NCBI RefSeq assembly: GCF_009834535.1
Contig: NC_045717.1
Span: 27,280,001 to 27,344,000 of the forward strand
From: Camelus ferus
Taxonomy: Eukaryota
Direction of reading: 5' to 3'
Length of the DNA: 64,000 nt
The notes below the pieces were generated by a model. It was not told the origin of the DNA. It worked only from the letters and a program-made list of their open reading frames with translations, and made no database searches. Both the position numbers and the translations under genes were made by a program. Shown piece by piece: positions 9,801-42,228 of the stretch (position 1 is the first letter of the stretch; every line of letters starts with the position of its first letter).

Positions 9801-12800
9801 ACCCGCGGTTCCCAGGCAGGGTGTCTGGTGTAGGGGGTCGGGTTTGAGTCAGGCTGTTGCCCTTTTCCCGCAGAGGTGTCCCGCCGGGTGGAGGAGCTGG
9901 CTCGACCCAAGAGGTTCTACTCAGAGTGCTACAGCAACAACAGGTGGGGCCCCCGCGACTCTGGGGTGGGCGGGGGCAGGGCCAGGGCCGGGGCCGCCCC
10001 CTCCAGGGCCTCGGGCACTGAGCCTCGGGGCTGCGCTCCCGCGGGAGATGCTGGAGACGCAGAGGCACTTGCCCAGGGTGAGCAGCGTGGGCCCCGGGGG
10101 CTCCAGAGGCTGGCAGCTGTGAGATGCCTCGGGGCACCGTGCCTTCTGTGCTGGTTGGAGTGTGGTCTGGAGGGACAGGACACAGGCTGCAGTGTCTTAT
10201 CTGGTGCTGGCATGGAAAGGAGGGCACCTGAGATGAACTGGCTGAATCCAGTGCAAATGTTCTGAGTCGCTTTCCGCTCAGCCCCACCCACGTCTTCCAC
10301 GTGCCAGTAACCCCTCACCTTAATGCCGATCACGAGCGATCGATGTCTGACTTGGAGGTAATTTACTCTGCGTGTGACGTAGCACCTGCAGAACCAGGTG
10401 CGTGGAGCTCGGCTGGGCTGACCCGTGTGATGCCCGCATCCCAGCACATCCAGGCAAGGACGACCTGGGCCTCTGGCGGCCGTGTCCCTGTGGTCCAGCC
10501 TGAGGGATGTGAAAATGAGAGTCTGCTTCAGACGTGGTTGTTTCTGGAGCAGAAGCAGAGCTGAGATCTGATTTTAGGAGGCGCGGGGCCTGCGGTGTGG
10601 GGAAGCTCTTTCCTGGCTTCCTGTGGGCACTCGGAAGCACACTCTCTACCCATGGCATCCAGTTCCCAACTTGCCCTGGTTGGGGGGGGGTATGGGGGAG
10701 GCCTGGGAAGGGCGGGCGGCACAGGATCTCCTGAGAGCGTCACTCTGACCCTGAGGACACTGGGGGCTCTTTTATGAATCCTCCTTGGAGGTATTTTCAA
10801 AACTCTCCATGGTCCCAGGCTCCCCTGATCCCCAGAATCAGAGAGCAGCTGAGAGGGGGGTGTCACCCACACATAGAAGCACACACATGTCCCCCTGGGC
10901 CTCCAATGTGGCTGTCCCTCAGGACCACCTCCGTCTGGCCCATTGCCCGGTCCACCTTGGGATACCAAGCGTCCAGTCGCCTGAGGGAACTGGCCAGGCC
11001 GAAGATGCGGAGCAACATCTGGAGCACCAGCATGTCCGAGGTAGGTACCTGTCTCTCCTGGATTGGCCCTGCTCCCCGCAGGCCCCCCACAACCCCGGCC
11101 CCAGGCTGCGGTCAGGGGCCTAGGAGGACAGGAGGGAACAGACTGCAGAGCAGTAGACACATCACTGCCTTCCTGTGAATCCTCCAGGATTTGTTCCAGA
11201 GAAAGCTTTACTTTCCTGCCCTGCCTGGAAGCCTGCTCCAGGACCACCCTCCCTGCCCCTCAGCTCAGAGAGGAGCCCAGAGCCTTCCGCCCAGTCTCAG
11301 GTTACCAGAAAGCTCAGCGCGTTCTGAATCCAGCCCTTACCTCTCCTCCCCAGCTGGGGCCTGACTCGGCCCCGTAGGCCCCCTCCGGCCACTCCTGATG
11401 AGACACGCTCTCCTGGGAAGGGGCCATGGTGTGGGCACGGCTCACCCGCTGAGGGACGTGTGGCTGTTTGTGGGTTTAGGCTCCTGCACACACAGCTGCG
11501 TGAACCTCTGAGCTCGGGTCTCTGTGGGGATAGTTTCTGTGCGTCCGGGGTGAACACCTGGAAGTGGGCTTGCTGGGTCCGGAGGCCTGTCTGACGTCAG
11601 AAACTGGCCAGCTGCGTCCACGGCAGCCACTCTGTCCAGCACCATCTGTGCCTTTGCTGGTCGCTCTGCTTGTTGCCTCCCAGCTGGCTGGCTGACAGAC
11701 GTGCCGCGGGTGGCACGGTGGCTCCACGCGCGTTGAGTCGTGTGCGGACGGGTGCTTTCACGAGCTTATTTGACAGACCCTGCTTTAAACCTTTGAAAAG
11801 TAAACCCAGGCATCTCAGCACTTCCTAATCAGTGCTTCCTTGTAGATTGCTGACAGAGGAGGCTACTTTGAAAACAACCGTAACGATAATAGTTACACTG
11901 GAAGACTGAACAACGTTACCTTAGTGTCAGCATACCCTGTCCACGTGCTGTCTCCCCATCTGTCTCAAAAAATGGCTTTTAGAGTCGGTTTTGTTTGGTT
12001 GCATCAGGATCCAGGGGGAGGGGGCACTGGCCTTCTGACCTGCCCACCTCTTGCCTGGTGATGCACCTGCTGTTGCCCTGGCCCCTGCCTCTCCTTTGCC
12101 GGTTCAGCCGTCAAGCCCTCTGTGCCCAGCGCCCTCCGTGGCTCCCCAGTACGCTCCCCGGGAACGTCAGCAGGACGGGGTCTTCTCCACCACTCCGCCC
12201 GCATGTGTCCCCTCTGTTGGACTAAATGCTGCTCCCTCTACAAGGCCCCCGGCCTTTGCACGTGTCGTCCCCCTACCTAGACTCCGGCTCTGCTCCTGTT
12301 CCGCCCAGCCTAGGGGGAGCCCCACCTCCAGACTCCTACACCAGAATTTCCCTCCGCAGCGCCTCTCACACAGGCTTGGACTGGACTGTCGATTCCTGCA
12401 CTGCACAAAGGGGCTTGTCTATCCTGGTGTCCAGACCTTGCCTTGTCCTGGGCAGGCATTGGAGTGGTCCTCAATATTATTCCAGTGCCTGAATAAACCA
12501 GTGTTTACCTGCCTGTGGTCTGCCCTCCAGGCTGGGGCTCCTTGAAGGCAGGACTGCAGTCTGACTCACCTCCACCTCAGCTGGTGACAGCTGTGGGGGC
12601 CACGGGCAGGGGTGGGGGGAGGAGAAGGGGAGGGGAGGGGAAAGAAGGACGGAGGGAAGGACAGAAGGAGGGACACGAGTCTGTAAACACCAAGATGTCT
12701 TTAGTGAGAGCAGTGTCTGTGGTTTCCAAGCAGGACAATGTCAGGAGACAGGGACTCAAGTTTCAGTGAACCTTGGAGATGGTTTCAGCCAGTCCTCTGC

Positions 12801-14904
12801 CTCCAGGCAGTCTCCTACCCAAAGCGCACCTAGCAGAGAGCTTTCGGAACACATGACATGCCCGAGGGTTTGGGCAGGTTTATTCTGACCTCCTCCCTTT
12901 AGGAGTAAAACATTCCCCCCTTCCCCTGCGCCCTCCCACTCCAGAGGAGTCAGGACGGCCCCCACCTCCACTGGGCAGACACACTCAGGTTTTGTCCATT
13001 CTTTAAGAACGTTTACACGTGTAAAGGAGCCGGCTGGCGGGGAGGGGGCAGCCTGGGAGGAGCGGATCTGGTTTGCACTTTTTTTGGGGGGGGGTGGCGA
13101 GAGCGGGACAACGATTAACCGATTTGCCGCCAGCTGATGGCGCCGCGTGACAGCCGGTTTCAAAGGCACTTGTCATGTGTGGATTCCCTGCGAGACACTG
13201 AGCTGCCTCTGTGGGTTTCTTAGTAAACCGTCTGCCGTCCTGCACTTTGGCCGGCTCTGCCTCGTTTCCATCATTTTGTACTTTATTATGCAAATAGATC
13301 CATAAACTATAATCACAGTGTGTTGTGTGTTTAATATACACATGTGGACTCTCTTCTTTCTTGCTTTCCCCTCAATGTCTGCTCTCTAGAGCACTGTGGG
13401 CTCGTTTATGTAGAAGCTGTGTTTTTACTGCTGGGTTGTGTCCGGGCACAGGAGTATACCCGTTCACCAACCCATCCCCGACTGATAGGCACCGAGGTTG
13501 TTTCCAGGTGCCCCGGTTGCCAGCCACGGAGATGTCCCCCCGCTTACCCTCCCGCCGTGGTGTCAGTGGTGTCCAGGGTGCATGTCCCCCGCTACTGGGG
13601 ATGGACGGTTGCTCTCCCAAGTGCTGGAGCCTCCCCTCCCCACCCTCTGTGTTCTTGCCAGGACTTGATAAGGTCAGACTTTTTCACTTTTGCCAAGTTT
13701 GTTGGCGTGGAGCGATGTTTTGCTGTTTTAATTACATTTCCCTGGTCCACAGAGAGGCTTGCTGATCCCTTGGCTTGCTTGCCTACCTGATTGGCTCAGG
13801 TTCCTGTCGTTCTTTTGTGTTATTGATTTAGAGGAGCTCTTTATTTGTGATGGTTGCTAATCCTTTGCTGAACACGCCGCAAACTACCCTCCTCCTAGTC
13901 TGTCTTTGGTCTTTCAGTATTGCCATGGGGTTGTTTGGTCTGGGGCATAAGGGAGAGTCACGAATAACTCTGTTTCCAGGTGTCCCAGGTGTCCAGGGCA
14001 GCCCGGATGGCCGTGCCCAGTCCCAGGATCCTCCTCTTGGCCAAGCCCAGGGCTCCAGCCACCCTGCTGGAAGAGTGGGACCCCATGCCGAAACCCAAGC
14101 CACACGTGTCCGACTACAACCGCCTCCTGCACTTGGCCAGTAAGCAGGTCCCTGGGGCTTGGTGCCTTGTTGGGGGTCCTTCCCCACCAGACACAGACGG
14201 GCAGTCAGTGGACTTGCACCTGCTTCTGCCAGATTCGTGCTTCCCTCATCTTCCCCTTGAACTGCAGAGCCACGGTCCAGACCCCTGTGGATAATTCAGA
14301 CTGTGGCCCACAGGGCCCCCTGGAGCTGGGGACCTGTCCCCCGGGGTCGGGTGTGTGGGCCTGGGCAGAGGGTCTCCTGGCACCGCAAGTGGCTGCAGAA
14401 GAGGAAGTCGGGGTGTGGGGCCGGGGCCTGGAGGGCTAAGCTGAGGCCCACGGGTGGCTGGTGTGGCGTTGGCCTGACTTTCTTCCCGTCCCGTAAAACA
14501 AAGGCAGTACCTGGTTCCCCCCAACAAAAGTAGCGTGCCCTGACTGCAGAGACTTTGGAGGAGGCAGAGTACTGTGGAGAAGAAAGGGATCCCACCACCG
14601 AAGGCAGCTTGCTGTGTCTCCCTCTGGGGTACACGTGAGGTGCACAGAGACCCCCAGACACACGCAGCCCTCTGGGGCCCTGCATGCCTGTCCCGCACCC
14701 CTGTGGCCAGTGCCCGGCAGGAACCCCCTACCAGGAGAGCAGCACCAGCCAGGAAGAGAGGAGGCCTCCCACACTCCCCTCCCCACCGAGACATCGGAGG
14801 AAGGAGTGGGAGAAAGGGCTGACTGAACGCCTTCCTCACCCCTGGCCCCTGGCACCTCCATCTCTCCCCTCTGAGTCTCTCTGTCTGGGACCTGTGACCA
14901 TTTC

Positions 14905-14937
<33 letters not shown>

Positions 14938-15647
14938 TTCACCCTTTTAAAGTGCCCAATTCAGCATCTTTCAGTACATTCACTGAGCTATGCACTCATC
15001 ACCTCTAATTCTAGAACATTCCACGTACTGTCCCCATGAGCAGCCACCCCACCCCCTACTCAGCCCCTGACAACCAGGAATCCCCTCTCCTGTCTCTGTG
15101 GACTGGCCTGTTCTGGACGTTTCACATCCATGGAGTCACACACTGTGTGTCCTCCTGTGTCTGCTTCTCTCCCTGAGCATCGTGTTCTCAGGGTCCATCC
15201 ACGTGGTGGCAAGTGTCAGGGCTGCTCTCCTTTTCACGGCTGAGTGATGCTCCTGTGTGTGGAGGGACACGCGTGTGTGTATCTGCTCAGCTGTCGTCGG
15301 ACAGGCCATTGAACTTGGGAGCTCTAACCCAGGAGGCTGACCTCTGCAGGGGCGGGCCCCACACGCAGGGCTCCGGGCCTGACCTGTCCTTCTCTCCCGC
15401 CCTTCCAGTGCCCAAGGCCCAGTCAGACAAGTGTGTTCCTGACCGAGATCCACGCTGGGAGGTGCTGGAGATCACCAAGAAGGCAGTGGCCAGTCCCCGG
15501 GTCATCTCGCTGGCCAAGCCCAAGGTGCGGAAGTGCCTGAACGAGGGCTACGACCCCTGCCGCATCTCCCCCGCCTCCCTGGTGGCCCGGGCGTCCCCAC
15601 GCCTGCACGAGCTCGCCACCCCCAAGGGTGTCACCGGAAGAGTCTGA
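842..15647 (+). CDS. THEG: Testicular haploid expressed gene / sperm microtubule-associated protein 2, 8 coding exons, 379 aa
   Basis: Exons 842-1143, 8503-8619, 8745-8816, 9261-9322, 9874-9943, 10923-11040, 13980-14139 and 15409-15647 all have AG/GT boundaries, join in frame and total 1140 nt. The translation (MGDHQQSS...ELERVLEKD..SRLSISQRLPS..RRLFELAKPKTNWHVLKDR..GYAWITP..PSVYWTERFLKDTTLTITVP..VSRRVEELARPKRFY..ATLLEEWDPMPKPKPHVSDYNRLLHLA..PKAQSDKCVPDRDPRWEV..) matches THEG as I recall it. Confidence 0.95.
1842..2376 (-). mobile_element. ERV 3' LTR
   Basis: Aligns with 7649-8204. On the minus strand it starts TGAGGCGGG, with TATAAAA (2002-2008) and AATAAA (1932-1937). It is immediately preceded by the polypurine tract AAAGCGGGGAA (2377-2387). 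Confidence 0.9.
2398..3906 (-). pseudogene. env: ERV env remnant (SU disrupted, TM largely open)
   Basis: SU has SWLC (degenerate CWLC) in LNATNPQLASASWLCLRP. The furin site reads tga-tca-aaa-agg (*SKR, 3017-3006), then AIQLILPLLVGL and a 1-nt frameshift. The TM ORF carries the immunosuppressive domain LHNRRGLDLLTPKKGGL, CLFLNEECC (CX6CC) and a hydrophobic anchor WLLPLAGPLLMILSALLFGPCIL, with the stop at 2398-2400. Confidence 0.9.
4000..5370 (-). pseudogene. pol: ERV pol remnant (RNase H C-terminus and integrase)
   Basis: EAIWEPTEMSIIHYKGHHKG (RNase H end), HLGKTAPEALLGRY..CLTCAQNN (HHCC), YLLVFICTFSGWVEAYPT, GSDNGPAFVA and [30 protein letters not shown]. Multiple stops and frameshifts. Confidence 0.9.
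5371..6442 (-). pseudogene. gag: ERV gag remnant (MA, proline-rich region, N-terminal CA)
   Basis: (K)GSSKSKPTVLDCMVKNFKKGFSGNYGIKLTPKKLHTWCESEWPTFGVGWPLEGT (MA; the presumed ATG appears as AAG at 6442-6440) and FSTMDLLNWRHH..SEKPQAMIDLLESIFQTHRPTWDDIQQLLLTLFNTKER (MLV-like p30). Frameshifted and truncated at about 5371. Confidence 0.9.
7627..7644 (-). other. ERV primer-binding site, tRNA-Thr-like
   Basis: Minus strand TGAAGGCCCCAGCGGGAT begins 4 nt after the 5' LTR end. It is 16/18 identical to TGGAGGCCCCAGCGAGAT, the complement of the tRNA-Thr 3' end as I recall it. Confidence 0.7.
7649..8204 (-). mobile_element. ERV 5' LTR
   Basis: Homologous to 1842-2376. Has TATAAAA (7838-7844), AATAAA (7767-7772) and seven CCAAT boxes in a 23/24-bp repeat array, and is followed by the PBS. 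Confidence 0.9.
12240..12500 (+). mobile_element. L2 (LINE-2) 3' remnant
   Basis: ggcctttgcacgtgtcgtcccc...gtggtcctcaatattattccagtgcctgaataa resembles the degenerate L2 3' end. Boundaries approximate. Confidence 0.5.
13285..13900 (-). mobile_element. Old L1 3' remnant, GC-shifted
   Basis: Resembles the antisense L1M 3' region (tgttttgctgttttaattacatttccctg, aggagctctttatttgtgatggttgctaatcctttg). Boundaries approximate. Confidence 0.55.
14905..15320 (-). mobile_element. L1MB-like 3' end with poly(T)
   Basis: A T run of about 28 nt is followed by acaattcacccttttaaagtg..ttcagtacattcac..ttctagaacatt..ctggacgtttcacatccatggagtcacacac. Confidence 0.7.
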
Positions 15648-16111
15648 GACTGAGAGCCGGCCTGGCCCCCGAGCCCACGCCATGACCAGTGAACACCCGA
15701 GCGCATCCTAACCTCATGTGTGGGTCTGAGCGCTTGGGCCAGGAGGCAGGAAGGCAGTGGAAGAGGCCAGAGGAGGAGGTGATGCTCATGATGATAATAA
15801 TACTTACATTCGCATTCAACCTGCAGCTCGTGCAGCCCTTTTTTCCCCCCAGATTTCCATCCCCTGCCATCGCCAGCTGCTCTGACGGCGACTCCACCCC
15901 TCACTTCACAGTTTCCCCTCGAATTCTCCTGCTCCAGCCACATCCTGGGTGTCCACGAGCCCCGCGGACACAGGGTGACCTCCATAACAAACCAGTGGAT
16001 GGTTCACCGATCGATCCTCGCAGCAACCTGGTGAGGGGGAGTAGGAGTGTCCTCGTTTTGCTGAGGTTGTGACTGAGGGTCAGATAGTTTGTGACAGACC
16101 CGCAGTCCCCA

Positions 16112-16575
16112 CGTGAGTTTCCTGGGGCAGCTGGAACAAGTCACCACAAACAGGTGGCTTAAAACAACACAGATCTGCTCTCTGACGGTCCTGGAGGTCA
16201 GGAGTCTGACTCGGGCCTCACAGCGCTAAACCCAGGCGTGGGTGGGGCTGGTCCCTCTGGAGGCTCCAGGGAGAAGTGGCTCCTGCCTCTTCCAGCTTCT
16301 GGAGGCGCTGCATCCCTGGCTCGCGGCCCCTTCCTGCATCCTCACCGCCAGCAGCGCAGCATCTCCCGTCTCTCTCTGACTCCGACCCTCCCGCCTCCCT
16401 CTAATGAGGAACCTATGAGGACACAGGGCCCCCTGGGAATCCAGGATCACCCCCATCCCAGGGGCCTTAACTCAATCCCACCTTCAGGGTCCCCTCTGTC
16501 CTGTGAGGTGACGCATCCTCAGGTCCTGGGACCAGGACAGGGGTGTCTCTGGGGGCTGTTATTCAGCTGAGCACA
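16112..16575 (-). mobile_element. MaLR MLT1 solo LTR
   Basis: caccacaaacaggtggcttaaaacaacacaga..ctggaggtcaggagtctga..ggggctgttattcagc is a typical antisense MLT1 pattern. Confidence 0.75.
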
Positions 16576-17156
16576 GTGGGAGAGAGATTCCTTATGTCTC
16601 TGAAATCCTAGACAAAGTCTCGTGTATCTCTGGTTCCGGCTGGGCCACTTGGGGACCAGTTGCTGGGTCCTGAGAGACTGATGTGTGGACTGACGTAGGC
16701 CAGCCCCTCAACAACTATTTTCTCAGCATCTGCCACAGGTCAGGTCCTGAGCCATGAGTCTGAGGATCCACAATTAGTACCAGGCTTTGGGGACATTAAT
16801 TCACTCAATGATTTAAAGGACATTTTTGAAGTATTTATAGACGCAAACCTGGACAGAGGTTCAGAAGAAAAAGGTTAAAAAGAAGCCCCCCCCCCCCCCG
16901 ATTGATACAATGACACAAACTGACTTGAAGCTGGTGGCCACTGCTGAGTGAATGTTTCTGCTACTGGAGGGAGATGGTGGCCGCACACCTGTCCAGTGGT
17001 GATAAGACTGCTGGCTCTCTCCTCATCACAGGAGTGGGGACCACGGCAGCTGGATAGCCTCGGCAGGGGCGGCTGTGATGAGACAAGGGGCACGTGGACC
17101 AGGGCTCACACCCTGTTTACTGGACAGGAGTTCCCGCCCTGGAAACAGGGTGTCCT

Positions 17157-17522
17157 GATTCTGGTCGAGTGGACACCAAAGATGTTTGGGCCCCAATCCC
17201 TGAAATCTGTGAACATGTCACTTTAGATGGCAAAAGGGACTCTGCAGTGGGATGAAAGGTTTTGAGAGAAGGAGGTTACCCTGGATCCCCCGGGTGGGAC
17301 CAATGTGATCACATGTCGCAAGAGGGAGGTAGAGGAAACTGTGACACCAAAGCCACACGAGGAGGATCGCAGCCCTCAGAGGAAGCACGGCCCCTCTCAG
17401 GGCCTCCGGGGGGAGCACGGCCTGCTGACACCGTGATGTCTGAGCCCCAGATAACGAAAGTGTGTTTGTTGTAGCTACTGGATCTGTGGTGGTTTGTCAC
17501 AGCAGCAAGAGGAGACTGATAC
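17157..17522 (+). mobile_element. MaLR MLT1 solo LTR (MLT1D-like)
   Basis: aatccctgaaatctgtgaacatgtcactttagatggcaaaagggactctgcag..ctgtggtggtttgtcacagcagcaagaggagactgatac. Confidence 0.75.
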
Positions 17523-19011
17523 CTGTTAGAAACCACAGAGGTTCAGTGTCAACAAGGCAGAGTGTACACACCTTGGTGACAGTGTGGCTGGTAAGCAGTG
17601 ACCCTCCACAAATAAAGGGGGTGTTCGCCCTTTGGGACCCTGCAAAACACAAAAAACAAAAACCATAAACCAACCAAGGGTCCAGAATGACGTGCTGGTT
17701 CTCTGGTCCAAGACCTCTTCACATTTTCACGTTCTTATTCAAGATGAGAAGAAAAAAGCTTCACGCAGACATCTCTCTAAGAAATACTATTTGACTTTGG
17801 CCTACACGTAAATCCCCATCTTGTGATCTGATGCGCTGATAGAGAAGCGTGTGTACTACATGTTGCAGATGTGGCTTGTGGTCAGCTTTGTTGAGCTGGG
17901 ACAGACAGACAGCAAGTCTTACCAGTTTATGAGCAGGACACAGGCACCCAGTGGCGGAGCCACCACTGTGATCAAGACACACAAGTTCATCTCCGCCAAA
18001 GCCCCAGTGGGGCTGCTCTCCCGGCCTGGCCTGGCCTCCAGTGTCTGCTCTCTGTCCCTACGGGGAATGTTTCTGGAACACTGGTAAACTGGGACCCAAT
18101 GTGACTCACTGGCTCCCAACCCTACGATGCATCTGGGGGTCATTCTGAGTTTGGCCTGCTCCCAGCTCCTGACAGCGCGCGTATCTGCTCTTAGCTCTTC
18201 ACCGTATTTACGCTACACTTTCAACGTGTGTTACCGCGTCTGTTTTTTACATTTTCAAAGTACGATTCCTGTTTTGTGTCAGAGGTGAGGTCCCCAGGAA
18301 GCAGATTCTGAGACCAAGATACAGACGAAAATGCGTGGTGCTGGCCCTGGGGGTCGCCACCCGCCCGGGGGTGCAGGACACAAGGGAAAAGGGAAAGCGG
18401 GCTGAGGGGACACAGTGGCAGCAGGTCCTAGGGGAGCGCTGGAACATCACAGCTGTCCCCCGTTGGTCACAGGTGCTGGGCCCCCACCAGTCCTTGGATG
18501 TGGGCGGCCCCTGTGACGGAGGTGACACTCCTCAAAGGCCAGACCTAGGAGACGCCGCCAGGAGCCACCAGCCACCGGGAAGCGACTCCTCGTGTTCAGG
18601 GTTGGGGCGGGGGCAGATGGTGCACACGGCTCCTGCTGTAGCCCACCCCTGGCCCGCTCAGCTCAGGGTGGTGTGTTCTGGAAATGGTTCCTCCAGGATC
18701 TTGTCAGAACTATTTTTCTGGGGGAAAACTTGCAAGAAAAAGACAAATGGGTGAACTCAGCCCCCACGGCTGCCCCTGAGCTGCAGGTGAATGCCTCCTC
18801 CCTCACCTCGGCCAGCTCCCCCTCTGCTGGGCCCCGAGGCTCAGCTGGAGGGGTGGGGGGCCCAGCCCAGAGGCCACTTAACTGCCCAAACCGGGCAGAG
18901 CAGGCCCAGGAGGAACAGGCAAGTGGACCCAGCGCTCAGTCGAGGCCCTGGACACCGCGTGCTCCCACTGCCGGGAATGCCCTCTCCAGCCTCTAGGCTG
19001 AAGACGCTGCG

Positions 19012-19100
19012 TTTTTAAAAATTGAAGTATAGTCAGTTTACAATGTCGCGTCAATTTGTGGTGTAGAGCACAATGTTTCAGTCATACATATACATACATA
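19012..19100 (-). mobile_element. Short lineage-specific (camelid-type) L1 3' end
   Basis: tttttaaaaattgaagtatagtcagtttacaatgtcgcgtcaatttgtggtgtagagc; the same motif occurs at about 56670. Confidence 0.6.
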
Positions 19101-19129
19101 CAGTGAGAGAGAATACAAAGACATTGCTT

Positions 19130-20250
19130 TTTATTTTTTTAGTTTTATTTTATTTACTCTTTATTTGAAAATCATTCAGGTTTTCAGAATAATTGCAAGA
19201 ATAAGTATAGTAAAAAAAAAAAAAAATCTGCATACCTTTTCCAGATTCAGCTGTTAACACTTGGCCCTACTCACCTTACCATTTTCCTTCTTTCTTTCTC
19301 TCCCCAAGCCCCTTCCCCATCTGTGTTTCACAGACATAAAAGGTGTTCTTCTGAAGTCCTTGAGAGCAAGCTGCAGATATCCTGGCACCTCAGCCCTGTC
19401 ACAGCCACTCGGGCTGCTCTGACAGAAAGGCCCTGGACTGGGTGCCTTATAAGCAACAGAGATGTGTTTCTCACAGTCTGGAGGCTGGAGGCCAAGGTCG
19501 AGGAGGCAGCAGGGGTCTGGTAAGGAACTGCTTCCTGGTTACGAGGCTGTCTTTTCACTGGACCCTCACAGGGCAGGACGGGCGGGGGAGCCCTCTGGGG
19601 TCTCTTGTAGAGGCACCCATCCCATTCATGGGGGCTCTGCCTTCGTGACCTCATCACCTCCCAAGGGCCCCACTTGCAAATACCTTCACACCGAGGACTA
19701 TGTTTCAACACAGGAATTTTTTGGATACAGAGCCACTTAGTCTATAGTAACCCCTGAATACTTCAGCGTGAATTTTCTAAGAATATTCTCTCACATGACC
19801 ACAGAAGAGCTACTGATTTCAGTAAACTTAACATTGATGCATTATGTTTATCCTTCCCTCACCTGACTTCAGTTTTGTCAACTGATCTAACAGCTTCCTA
19901 CAGGATCTCTACAGGATCCAGCCTGGGACCAGGCATTGCCTTTAGTTGTAATGTCTGGAAGATTTCCTCAGATCAGTGTTTTATGGCACTAACATTTCTG
20001 GAGAACACTGTCCTTCTCCCCCGAGCCCCCTGCCATTTAATAGAATGTTCCTTATTTGGGGTTTGTGAGAAGTCTCCTCAAATAAAGACCCAGGTTATGC
20101 GTTCCTCAGCAGATTGAGTGACATAGCGTCCTTCCCAGGGCCTCTACCTGCCCCTTCCTTGTGATGTTTATCTTTATCATCTGGCTGAGAGGTTGCCTTA
20201 TTTCTCCAGTCTAACTAGTAATCAGCCTGTGGGAAGAGGCTTTCTGACCT
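19130..20250 (-). mobile_element. L1MC-like 3' remnant interrupted by an MLT1 LTR (about 19398-19752)
   Basis: L1MC-type text (tattctctcacatgaccacag..aaacttaacattgatgc..ggatccagcctgggaccaggcattgcctttagttgt) flanks MLT1 text (tgtttctcacagtctggaggctggaggccaagg..gacctcatcacctcccaagggcccc). Confidence 0.6.
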
Positions 20251-21616
20251 AAAACATATCCTTCTCTTCATCTGAACCCCCACCTCTCCTGCATTACACA
20301 TCTATTTCATGATTCTTGTCCAGGCTCCCTCCAAGGAGTCTTCTCTGGCTGCCTTGGGTCTTGACTTAAGCCTCTTCCCCTGGTTCCTGTCACTTGTTAT
20401 GACACAGAGCCCCCACGTGGGCACGTAGCGTCTGCTGGTGCATCTCCCTGCTTCAGTGGACCTCTGTCTGCCTGGCACCCAGTTGAGGGCTGCAGGGGAC
20501 ACTGGTGGACTGACCGATGGACTGCATGACCAGCTGTTTCCTGTATTAGTGGGGACTCTGGGTCACCAGGGCCTGGACCCCCAACCTGAACGATGTATGT
20601 CAACGCGAGGAGTGGGGACCCATGACTCATGGACCGTGTGACTCATCAGAGAGCAGGGCAGACCTTTCACCAGAGGCTCCCTCCCCGGCTGGCAGATGCT
20701 GAGGGGAGCACCACACTTTCACACCATGCACCGAGCCCGGCGCCTCCCACCTCCCAGGCATTCCGTCCACACTGATATCAACGACAGCGTGCAAAGAATG
20801 GGGCTCTTGAGTTTCCCATCTCCCCAGTTCCGTTCTTCCCGGTTCGTCCGGAAATCCGGGGACCTCCTTCCTGCTCCCTCCACCTTCACTCCGCCGGGGC
20901 GTCCGTGGGTCCCCCTTTCCCACCCTCTCCGTTTCCGCTCGCGCCGTCTACACCTCCTGCCCTGATGCCCACAGCACGTCTCAGTCTGTGAGGACACGAG
21001 GCACCCATGTCAGGACCGGCTCGTTCACGTTTGCCCGGGGGCCCAGCGCAGGTTCATAACGTTTAATCAGTGGGTTACATCCCACGACAACCACGGGCCC
21101 AGAGTCAGTGGCCGGGCTGGCCTCCACCTCTGCTGCCCACCCTGGGCACTCGGACTCCAGGCACCCCAGGGAGACCCATCATCACGGGTGCAAAAGTGCA
21201 GAAAGCTGCAGAACTCGCTGCCCGCCTTCAGTCCCAGCTCCATCGCTCACGAACCGGGCGGTCGCTCCGGGCCTCGGGGTCCTCGTCTGTAACAGGGGCA
21301 CTGACGGAATTCGGCCGTGCGAGTGGGAGGAAGGACTGGGGCCAGCGCTCCCTGCGAAGGCGTGCTTGTCGGGAATCAGTACTTTCGTTAGCGGCATCCC
21401 GCACCGCCCACCAAGGGATAGCCCAGGCTCACGCGGGACCCCGCACCCCACGCCCGCCCGCGCGTCCCCGTCCGCGCACCTACTACGCGCCCGCCCGCGC
21501 CCCGCCCCCGGCCCCGCCCCGGAGCCCCCGCCCCCCCCGGGCGCCGCAGCCAATGAGCTCGCGGCCCCGCATCCGGGGATCCCGGCGCGGCCACCGCCTC
21601 CCGCGCACACACGGCC

Positions 21617-42228
<20,612 letters not shown>

